DNA of 63,749 bases, filler included, from Intoshia linei (Eukaryota; Animalia; Orthonectida), in NCBI GenBank assembly GCA_001642005.1. It is 8 parts of 8 records of this genome, joined end to end, with 100 filler letters (N's around TTAATTAATTAA, not from the genome) between each part and the next. Parts side by side here need not be neighbours in the genome. Positions count along the whole stretch, not along the records: positions 1 to 20,731 come from LWCA01000677.1; positions 20,832 to 22,765 come from LWCA01002456.1; positions 22,866 to 40,985 come from LWCA01000790.1; 5 more parts are not named here. One strand, 5' to 3'. The notes beneath the pieces are model-generated. The model did not search any database, had not been told where the DNA came from, and saw only the letters and a list, made by a program, of their open reading frames with translations. Of this stretch, positions 15,201 through 24,357 are shown one piece after another. Made by a program: the position numbers and the translations under genes. How positions within the stretch are numbered: the first letter of the stretch is position 1; the number at the start of each line of letters is the position of its first letter.

Positions 15201-18200
15201 GACGAATAATTTATGTTTTTTTCTACATTTTTTACCAATGGCTAAATTAAAAAAAATTTATAAAATGTTAAAATGTTTAAATATAACCACTTTTTTTTAC
15301 AAGTTTGTATTTATTGCAAAATTGATGGGAGGGTATAATTTTAATGATTTAAATTTTAATAGCATGCCCCAAAAATTGTTTATCCTGTCAATCTGAAAAC
15401 AACTGTGAACAATGCATTAAATCAAATCAATTTTTTAATGGAATAAATGCATGCGATGGTTAGTTTAATATTTATTTATTATGTTAATTATAATTAAACT
15501 ATATAATTATAGCATTGTACAATATTTTGGTGTAGTTTCAAAATCGATGAATCGGTTTGAACCATCATGATTGTTAGAAAATAACACAAATTTGATATTT
15601 TTAATATATCAAGTGATAAAATATTTTCAATGCATAATTTTTAGTTACATTAAGGGGTTTTGCATTTTGAAAAATTTTAGGTTTTAAAAGAACAGTAAAT
15701 TATAAAAAAATTGAATGATTCGAAATTTTTTTAATCTTGTCTAGTAATTTTACTTTAATATGGTCCGCAATAAATTTTATAATTTATTACCAGTCCGCCG
15801 TGAAAAAAATGTGGGAACCCCTGTTTTAATACATCTAATTAATTCTGGTGAATTATCCTTTAAAACTCTTAATTTATACATACATTCATTATGTGTGTAA
15901 AAAAATATGCATATGTATAACATACATTATTATTTTCTACATTTAATAGATTGCATTATAAATTGTCAAAAATGCTATTCTACTGATGAATGCGATGTAT
16001 GTATGCCTGGATATATTATAAATACGGATAGAACAATATGTCTAGGTAACAATTATTTTTGAATTAATTTCAATGTACGATATGTACCGTAAAATGTAAT
16101 TTTGTTTTTTATGGAATTTTTATAACTGAAATTATTTTGTTTTTGCACGCTTAAATTTATTAGCGACAACTAAAAATGATTATTCTTTGAAGATTTTATT
16201 TTTGCAGTCATATAACAAACTACTTTTTTAAAATTTTCAAATATAATTTTAAATTTAAGAATATTTAAATTTCTCGAGAGCAATCAAAATGTATGATATA
16301 TGTAAATGGAACATACATTATATATTTTGGGAAATCTTTAATTTTAATTAACATTTCTAGCCTTGAAAATTACATTAAATTTTTTTATATATTGTAATAT
16401 ATATTTTAGATAATTAATTATTAACATTATGTAAATTATCTAAATTAAGTTATGTAGTTACTACATCTAAAAAATCCAAAAGAATGGATAATTTTGAAAA
16501 TTAATTTTAGAATGTCCTGCCAATTGTGAAGAATGTCAATCTGGCGGTGTTTGCATAAAATGTGATGAATATTCATATAGAGAAATTGACAATAATCAAC
16601 ACGATTGTAAAAGTATATGATAATTAATTATGTTCATTGAAATAATTACGTTTTCACCGGTATAATCAGTTTGCCCAGTTCTTTTGAGAAGTTATTGAGA
16701 AAGGTTCATACGTTAACATTTAAAAAATTACCATAAAAACCTTTCTAAAATTTGGCTTAAAACATGGTGCCGACACTTTCTTCACTTATGGCCACCATTG
16801 TCAAAACGTTAAAATCTTTTAACAGTTTTACATGCCTATTAGTCATAAACCGTGAAAATTCAATAGCACATGTGCCAGACACATTTGTATATTTTAATTA
16901 ACCGAATTTTCCGGTTATTGTATATGTATATGTCCATTTCCATAATCAGGGCAACACTATTTTCTATATTTAGAGCATTTAATTAATACATTAATTTAGA
17001 ATGCTCTGGTATAATTGACTATTGTAATAAATGTATGCTCAGGAATGAACAATTAATTTGCATTGAATGCGCTCAAGGATCGTGTTTATCAGATAACGAT
17101 TTATATTGCATCAGTATAGCTTTAAAACATTTTTTAACTAATATAGCTAATATTAATATAAACACAATTGGAATAATCCTATTTAGAAAGTTCGTCCAAC
17201 TGTTTACAATGTATTGATCCAAAAACTGAGTGTTTGAAATGTGAAAATACGTATCATCTCACAGAAGACAAAATACAATGTACTAGTAACAGATGTTATA
17301 CATGCTCAACAAAAGAATGTGACTATGAGGATACCAATAATATGATAGGTTGTCCTGACTTAGGGTTGTCAAATTCGTGCTGGGTAAAATAATTATTTCA
17401 TAATATATCTTTTAACCTTTGAACGTGTTTAATTTTCAAGAGAGTTACCACAGTTGATTAGTTTTTGTGCGCGATTCAACGTGACTTATCAGTTGATCGA
17501 ATAATTTGTTATTTTAATAGAATGATGAACTTTAACATTTTAATTTTAAACGAAATTTTAGGGAAACCCGTCATAAATTGGCTTTTATTGTTAAATACAT
17601 TTCATTATAATGTATTTTAATAATATTGTATAGAAAATAGTATAAATTACTATACCATTTCACTATCGATATGATAATAGCTAAATTCAATGTAATAGTG
17701 TGGGTTTATTAGAAAAACCTTACGTAAATATAAACAAAAACTTCGTTACAACTAATTAAAATTATAACCGTTTAATAAATAGTTTTGTTGGATACATCCT
17801 AATTTATATAATATGCTACGCGATTTTTGTTTGTGTGTGTGTTCCACTTTATTGAAATAACTATCAGTCTTAAAATTTTATAAAGTCCACATTTTAATTA
17901 CAGTTTTTTCCGGGATGTATAACAAGATAAATTTCAACCTCCCAAACTCATATCTTACAGGTCAAAAACCCCAATTGTTCCTCTTTTTGAAAATCAAACG
18001 AGTTGGAGAATTTAAAAAAATATATACGCTGATACGGATTTTAAAATCATAATCAGTATCATAAATTTAAATTTAAAAAAATTATATCTTCAGAGCCAAA
18101 ACCCCAAATTACCCTTATTTTTTTAATGAAAACAGCCCTAGAATTTCAAAAACTTTACAGGTGGTACAGTTGTATCGTTTTAAAACACACAGAAAATTTC

Positions 18201-19418
18201 AATCCAAATACGTGACGACTTCACGGTCAGAAAACATTTTAGTATTCATTTTTTTTCGAAATATTTTATTAAAACAAAAAATTTGAAATAATTAACTATC
18301 CGAAAATTAAAAAAAAAAGATTATTCTGATAGAGCTTATTCCAGTTGATATAATTACAAAATTTCAACCCTGAAATCTACGCATTCCCGGTGAAAAATAA
18401 TTTTTAATATATTTTTCAAATATTTCGATTAAAATAAAAATTGAAAATGTAAATATTGATCCTACAATTTTAAAAATAAAGTGCAATTTGTAGTCTACAC
18501 ATTTCCAATTATAATAAAAATCTATATAATTCATTCCTTCGGAATATTTTTCATTTCTATGCAATTTTTAAATTTCAAATTCTCATTTTCAAAACATTTT
18601 GAATAAAATTTAAAATAAAAACTAAACAAAAAACTAAAACAACTGTTAATATCATTTTTATATTTATTACAATCCTTTGCAATTTTGGTAAAATTAGACT
18701 AAAATAATATTTTTATAAAGTGAATATAATTGGTATTTTGAAGTATTTATTAAATTGGTATCATCACATTGAAAATCACCAAATAGGTTTTTATAATTTT
18801 ATTTTTTCTGGAATTTATGCTATTTATGAAAATTTTTAAGATTGTACTGTTTTTACTTTATTTTTAATATTATAAACACATTCTGTCTAATAAATTAAAA
18901 AAATGGGATAACTATTGTTTTATTTAAAATTCTTTACGTAAATATTAACAACAAAAAATTAAGATGGAATAATTGACTTTAAAGTAAAAAATAATGTGAT
19001 ATGATGGTTCCACCTAAAACAAATTTGGAAAACACTCCTTTGAAGGATTGATAATAGTGAATAGTAGGATTTTTAAGTTAAATTTTCAACGTGAATTTAT
19101 TTTTTTAGTTTAATGAAAATATGCCCTCGGCAGAGCTAGGTGTTGTTTGTACGTAGTACATTACATTCAACCTAGTATTATATAATATACATGGTATTAT
19201 AATATTATGTTAATGTCATATTAATCATAATAATAATATGTTATTATGACATATTTAACTGTAAAAATAAAATTCATATTATATTATTAATTTATTATTA
19301 GATAAGTCATACTCAAATTAACAACAAAAATTACTATTCTCGTGCATGTAAAAATGTAACTTGTGACGATCAATCTCTTCAAATTTTATGCAAAACTACA
19401 GATTCCACTGGAAACTCG
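246..19418 (+). CDS. Giant multi-exon cysteine-rich (CxxC/furin-like repeat) protein with C-terminal Ly6/uPAR-like domain; partial at both ends
   Basis: Manually spliced AG/GT-bounded exons: 246-380, 843-929, 1174-1284, 2460-2540, 2636-2731, 2962-3045, 3416-3505, 3546-3635, 4555-4641, 5771-5793, 6519-6582, 6622-6711, 7274-7354, 7430-7543, 8869-8973, 9418-9504, 9544-9663, 9733-9897, 10314-10403, 10607-10690, 11378-11491, 12022-12117, 12170-12265, 13317-13412, 13467-13562, 13918-14013, 14280-14372, 14661-14759, 14817-14906, 14946-15041, 15363-15458, 15950-16045, 16511-16612, 17000-17113, 17187-17383, 19302-19418. They join into one open frame, e.g. DCPINCAKCDKANTCNSCHNDYYFNNATFQCE, ending ...RCYTCSTKECDYEDTNNMIGCPDLGLSNSCW|ISHTQINNKNYYSRACKNVTCDDQSLQILCKTTDSTGNS. 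Confidence 0.9.
1371..2400 (-). mobile_element. Degenerate hATm-type DNA transposon (transposase pseudogene) in an intron
   Basis: The minus strand gives AGAFHQARWMIKAYY (~2170-2215) and IRYLWYLRALNSVIFF...SEFVTHEC, resembling hATm transposase motifs PGAxHHARWMAKAIY and HLWYLSEE. There are many stops, and a TAGGGTG terminus at 1371. Confidence 0.6.
3688..4013. mobile_element. TA-flanked MITE (Tc1/mariner/pogo type)
   Basis: TACAGT...ACTGTA ends with imperfect inverted repeats. Confidence 0.45.
4165..4516 (+). pseudogene. Decayed cysteine-repeat pseudo-exons within the Cys-rich gene
   Basis: CITL*KFVDCFIHYFRI*FYNASVCR followed by a GA instead of GT donor (~4190-4269); YKCLSFCN...YFNLNGTALCP with a frameshift (~4444-4516). 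Confidence 0.5.
4301..4426. mobile_element. Short MITE, second copy at ~6151-6275
   Basis: Near-identical ~125-nt copies with inverted ends CTTTATTATGAC...GTCATAATAAAG. Confidence 0.6.
4925..5085. repeat. Degenerate ~41-nt tandem repeat
   Basis: Repeated (C/T)ATTATATTTTGGTCTAATAAAA...TTTTAAAACCT units, ~4 copies. Confidence 0.5.
7560..8439. mobile_element. TA-flanked MITE (pogo/Tigger-like) containing nested fragments
   Basis: Inverted ends TACAATAGAAACCGCTTATAGTGATCA / TGATCACTACAAGCGACTTCTATTGTA; internal hAT-type end ...CGACACCCCTG at ~7843. Confidence 0.7.
9068..9371. mobile_element. TA-flanked MITE
   Basis: TACAGTCAAAGTCCTTATTAAC...GTTAATAAGGACTGAAACTGTA inverted ends. Confidence 0.65.
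12429..12966. mobile_element. hAT-family MITE
   Basis: TIR TAGTGCTTCCGCAAT / ATTGCGGAAGCACTA flanked by a perfect 8-bp TSD GTTCTATA. Confidence 0.85.
14034..14194. mobile_element. TA-flanked MITE
   Basis: TACAGTCAGACTTGT...ACAAGTCTGACTGTA inverted ends. Confidence 0.7.
14488..14642. mobile_element. Short inverted-repeat element; related copies at ~19866 and ~43195-43345
   Basis: TAAAGTGGCCAGAAAAAATACGT...ACGTATTTTTTCTGGAC, with a shared core AAATTTTTCGGCTTAAAATTTATTCCAAATA. Confidence 0.55.
17797..19175 (+). mobile_element. Non-autonomous Helitron (~1.4 kb), full-length copy
   Basis: A|TC 5' end (TCCTAATTTATATAAT plus TG microsatellite), CTAG|T 3' end, subterminal palindrome TGTACGTAGTACA, no TSD; many copies in the window. 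Confidence 0.8.
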
Positions 19419-20731
19419 GTATCATAATTACATTAATTACTTATTTATTATTTAATTTATTATGCTACATAAAATTGTATATTCTCTCTACAATCCGCCT
19501 ATTCTGTCGTTTGACAATCATCAATATCCCCATAAATCTTATGAACAAATTCATTTTATCAAAATGGGGTCAAGGCATGAAAATTTCTTAAATCAAGTTA
19601 GTATAAGAGTAAGAAAGAAAAATTAAAAGGAAAAGAATGATTAAATAATTGCATAAAAAATGTTTATATTTTGCCGCCCGCGAAATTTGTAAATGTATTT
19701 TTTGGGCCTCACTCGATATCTGTTTGGACCACTGATCTACATTATAACAATTATAACTTGACGTATTTTCACCTAATGCACACATTAACCTGTGTAAAAT
19801 AATGCCTTTAATTATAATTAACAGCTTTTGATTTGTTCTTACAGATAGTCGAACATTAGTTTAGTTAAAGTGGCCAGAAAAATACTTACGGAAAATTTTT
19901 CGGCTTAAAATTTATTCCAAATAAACTAAAAGTGATACAGTATAACCCCGTTTTGGGGCACCTTTTTTGAAAAGTGCCCCAAAGAGCGGGGTGCCCAAAA
20001 AACTGAGGGTATTGAACGATCATAGTATTTAATCATAGTAAGAAAGTTGATAAAGATTCGTTGATGGGGTATATCACAAAAAATTAAGCATTTATTTAAA
20101 AAATAGATTTTTATACTATTAAAAAAAATTGAAATTAGAATTGAAAATTTGATAAACGCATGAATATCGAGACAAGACAATAACAACTTAATATTTACAT
20201 AATATCTGATAAAAACAAATGTAACTTTTTATCTTTTAATAATTGAGCTATTTCCAATTTTGTGTCATAATTAGAGCCATTCAAACATTATGCTCTTATT
20301 ATGCTCTAAAGTCGTTAAGCAACAATAAATAAATTCAAAATAAAATAAAATGTAAACAAATAAACGCAATTATGTAATTCACAATGATGCAAACTTCTTT
20401 AAGAGCATAACATTGCCAAACAAAATAACAACTTTTTTGAGGTGCAAGAATAAAATTTAGTGCATATGGAAGAGATTTTTTTTAAAATACGCCTAAAGTT
20501 CGAAAAGGTGTCTAAACTAGGCATATTTGAAGGTCAATAGAAATGTTAAATAAAGTACATATATGGATTATTATATATGATTGGAAAGGGAAAATCTTTG
20601 CGTTACAACTTGCGAAATTATTAACAGAATTGAATACTATTGAACGAAATGTAGCGGAATATATGTAAAAAAATATCATTATAATATTCAATAAGCAAAT
20701 AAATATTAGTTCATTCTACATGTATAATATA

Positions 20732-20830
20732 NNNNNNNNNNNNNNNNNNNNNNNNNNNNNNNNNNNNNNNNNNNNTTAATTAATTAANNNNNNNNNNNNN
20801 NNNNNNNNNNNNNNNNNNNNNNNNNNNNNN
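20732..20830. other. Assembly gap with artificial all-frame-stop linker (also ~22766, 40986, 44578, 46945, 51654, 61507; plain gap 57786)
   Basis: Identical N-run/TTAATTAATTAA/N-run structure at each site. Confidence 0.95.
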
Positions 20831-20963
20831 NAACTGAAAAAAAGTTTGGTACTAATTTAATATTTGTTTCTTGGCCAATTTCTTTAACTATAAGGTCTAG
20901 AAATAAAACTGGTACCCACCCGCCCATTTTATCACCACTTTTAACGAATCATTTAAAAATTAC

Positions 20964-22579
20964 TTTACGTGACCTGAAGCTGCGGCTAAATGTATTGGTG
21001 TTGAATCGTCTTCATTTTTAAGTGTTGTATCAGCTTTATGACTAATGAGAATCTATAATTAAAATCAATTAAATACGCAAATGGTGAGTAAATATAAAAA
21101 TAAATAATGGAAAGATTACATTAACAATGTCTATATAACCTTTAGAAGCGGCAACATGCAATGGACTGTCTCCTGACTTGTCTGTCATGTCCATGAGACA
21201 TTCAGCACAATGAGTTTTTAAAAGTATCTAAGTAAAACGAATTAAAATGTTAATTCACAAGAATGAAAAGGTTGGATAGAGAAACTGCCCACAAAAATAT
21301 TTTTATTTATTTATTATTATTTTATTTTTATATATTTGCAGCGTAAACTTTCAACGTTTTAGTAAAATTATTTGACAGTGTTTAATAAACACTGTTTATA
21401 AACATCAGGTGTCGGCAACCAGTAGACCTTTGAGTAAATATGTAAATTATTTATTTTTAAATTTTTCAATCCCGTTTAAATATTTTATACTACATTGTAT
21501 AATTGGCTATCTATCTATTATATATAATATGATTTTAATACTGAATTTTCAGATCGCCCTGGTTTTTATTTTTTTAAATACTTTTTATTATTTTGTATTT
21601 TTTGTACTAGAACCGTTTCTGTTCTGTTGGAATTGAAATGTATCATGTGTAAATTTATAAAAGCGTGACCCGTAAAATGTATTGATATAAAAAAGTGGTT
21701 AACGCAATTCAAAAGGTTTCCGATCTCTGATATACATGAATGTACGTTGATAATGGCCATAATTCACTGCATATGATAAGCTACAATCTAATGAAATAAT
21801 AATATAGAGTATACCTCCAAAGCCGCTACATTGTTTTCTTGAGCAGCCCAAAATAAAGCTGATTTATCATCACGATCAATAGCTTCAATGTTTACATTAT
21901 TAATGAGAAATATTTTGATGGTTTCAACATGCCCATAACTAGCTGCAACTAAAAATGGTGTAAAATTGTCACAGTCTCTTTTTTCTAAATTTGCTCCACT
22001 AAAAATTTAAACATTTTAAATATAATTAACATTTTAATAATACGCCTAATGCAATGTCATATATTTTATTAGCATTTGTGCTTTTTAAAATTCTAGAATT
22101 CTTAGCTTTTTTTTAATTTTTCCAAAAAAAAAGGTGATATGGAATTTTTACTATGAAGATTCAAATTTCAGATAATAAAATTTATGACACTGTTTTAGTC
22201 TAGATAAAATCTATTAGAATTGATGTTATTAAAAATTCTAGGACTCTTTCTCATTTAAAAAAGGTTATATGGGGTTTTTTTTAAATTCTAGGACTTTATA
22301 TACCATATTAATTTTTTTAGTGTAGATAATAAAATTTACTTGTCAATTAAAAACTGAGATATTTCACTATTTCCATTTTGAGCAGCTTTGTGTAACGGAG
22401 TTTGCATGTTATTATCAAATGCGTCGATTCTAGCTTTATATTGAATTAATAAGTCACACAAATCTTTTTCTCCATTCGAAGCTGCTAAATGCAATGCAGT
22501 TGTCTAATAACAATTATATTAATAGTTAACGATAATTATAATTATACTCCATTAAATTTTTGCATGTTGACTTTTGCTC
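20964..22579 (-). CDS. Ankyrin-repeat protein, TRPA1-like N-terminal region (internal fragment between gaps)
   Basis: Five spliced exons: GAKVNMQKFNG|TTALHLAASNGEKDLCDLLIQYKARIDAFDNNMQTPLHKAAQNG...|GANLEKRDCDNFTPFLVAASYGH...DDKSALFWAAQENN|...GDSPLHVAASKG|...STPIHLAAASGH. Ankyrin repeats are clear; TRPA1 identity is by recalled similarity only. Confidence 0.8.
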
Positions 22580-23209
22580 CTACATTTAATATAATTTAGA
22601 TTATCATTATATAAAGCAGGGATTCCAAAACTTTTTTACCGCGTAATTACCGGACACGTTATTTCACATTTGTTTCACGTTAAATACTTGGCAGATGACT
22701 TAAAATCTAATTTCTACAATGTATTACCAAAACATTTTCACTAAATTACTTTATTGTCATCTTACNNNNNNNNNNNNNNNNNNNNNNNNNNNNNNNNNNN
22801 NNNNNNNNNTTAATTAATTAANNNNNNNNNNNNNNNNNNNNNNNNNNNNNNNNNNNNNNNNNNNNTATAGATTTTATTTTTTTTGAATACCATTTAAATA
22901 ATGTAAATAGCCACAATTCAAGAAATTAAATCGTTAATAAAATCCAAAAAAATTGAGTAGGAAACAAATTTTAAAAAATAAACTGTATAACAATTATGAA
23001 GTTTGTACCACGTTTAAAAGCTCAAACGCCAATTTCCGTTAAAATAAAGATCAGTTTTAATTTTGTAATATATAGTATATATAAAAAAAACTTTAAATGG
23101 TCAGACCATCTTTAATATTCGTTGAAATGCATTAATATTTTGGAAATATCATTTTTTTATGCTTGATCACTATTATACCTAAGGATGTTCAAAAATATTA
23201 TTTTTATTT

Positions 23210-23499
23210 TTTTTGAGACACCTTAATGTAGTTATATTCGGGTTATCGTTAGAATTTAAGTATTCATTCCAAGTATCGAAATATAAATTATTGCAACTAT
23301 TCAAAAGGTGTGCTGTCTAAATATTGGGGTCAACTAATTTCTGTTTTCCTTATCCGGTTCTTGATTTTATCTGCAAATTTTCTAGGCGAATATTTGCCTG
23401 TATAAGAATGATGTCTAATTTTTCTTCATGAGTGAGACAATAATTTCTTTTCTTTTTTACAAATATAATCGCGCTTTTGTATATTTTTTCATTCTCCAT
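23210..23499 (-). pseudogene. Decayed N-terminus of an IS630/Tc1-like transposase
   Basis: MENEK...RNYCLTHEEKLDIILIQANIR...TAHLLNS...DTWNEY with two stops, adjacent to a TIR-like AGGTGTCTCAAAAAA. Confidence 0.35.
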
Positions 23500-24357
23500 A
23501 ATCTTATAAATTGGTAAATGTATAATTAATTTTAATGTAATCTTACGTACTCTATGACAATGACTATGTAACGGGGATTATATTGTTGATATGAGACAAC
23601 CTAAAGACATTATGTGTGTTTTGGACAATAATTAGTGAAAATTTTGTTTATCGCATTGCTAATCATTCATCATAATTATAAATGATTCATTAATGAATTA
23701 TGAATTTAGAAATAATCACAAAGTAAATCATTACGCAATTTTAATTTTTACCATTTGACAAATAGAAAATTATAATTTTTATATCTATGAAAATATGCAT
23801 TGAAACGAAATTTTTAGTAAAATTTTGGCTAAAGACTCATTTTATTTTTATTGCGCATTAATTTTAATAAATTACTATTTGCGCTACATAAATTTGCTAG
23901 ATATAAACTTAATTAGACACATACATATTTAAAATTGAAATTGCAACACACTTTTTTTCTCATAGGCCAGGTAGGTGACGCTTACTGTTAATACTTATAT
24001 TTTATTTAAAAAAAAATTGAAATAATTAACGGTCCTACAATTAAAAAAAAAGATTTTTCTGATACAGCTTATCATAATTGATAAAGATACAAAGTTTCAA
24101 CCCCAGAAATCTACGCATTCTTGATGAAAAATAACTTTTAATATATTATCAACCAATATTTTTCAAATATTTCGATTAAAATAAAAATGAAAATGCAAAT
24201 TGATGCTACAATTTCAAAAAAAATGTGCATTGTACATCTACACATTTCCAATAAAGACATATGGGTGGAAATCTCATAAATTGATTTCTTCGGTATTTTT
24301 TATTTCTACGCAATTGTTCATTTTCATTTATAAATTTTGATATATTATCAAATTTAG

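Noticed and set aside
12022-17113. CRISPR-like or DNA-level tandem array
   Set aside because: The periodicity is only at protein level (Cys spacing); there are no identical nucleotide repeats, and the DNA is eukaryotic.
18364-18564. Short ORFs in the track within repeats (also 24206-24460, 26750-27010, 27387-27602, 49006-49194, 55771-55968)
   Set aside because: Low-complexity I/F/K/L ORFs, mostly inside Helitron/MITE or intronic sequence; chance ORFs.
246-19418. Ciliate-type genetic code or ciliate origin suggested by i-antigen-like repeats
   Set aside because: All real exons are free of TAA/TAG and genes end in TAA; neighbouring genes look animal-like.
20776-20787. Recurrent TTAATTAATTAA palindrome flanked by Ns
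   Set aside because: Artificial scaffolding linker with stops in all frames; not biological.
21760-21787. Alternative terminal exon IVAYHMQ* in the ankyrin gene
   Set aside because: It would need a 27-nt intron, below the size seen elsewhere; the true next ankyrin exon is at 21120-21227.
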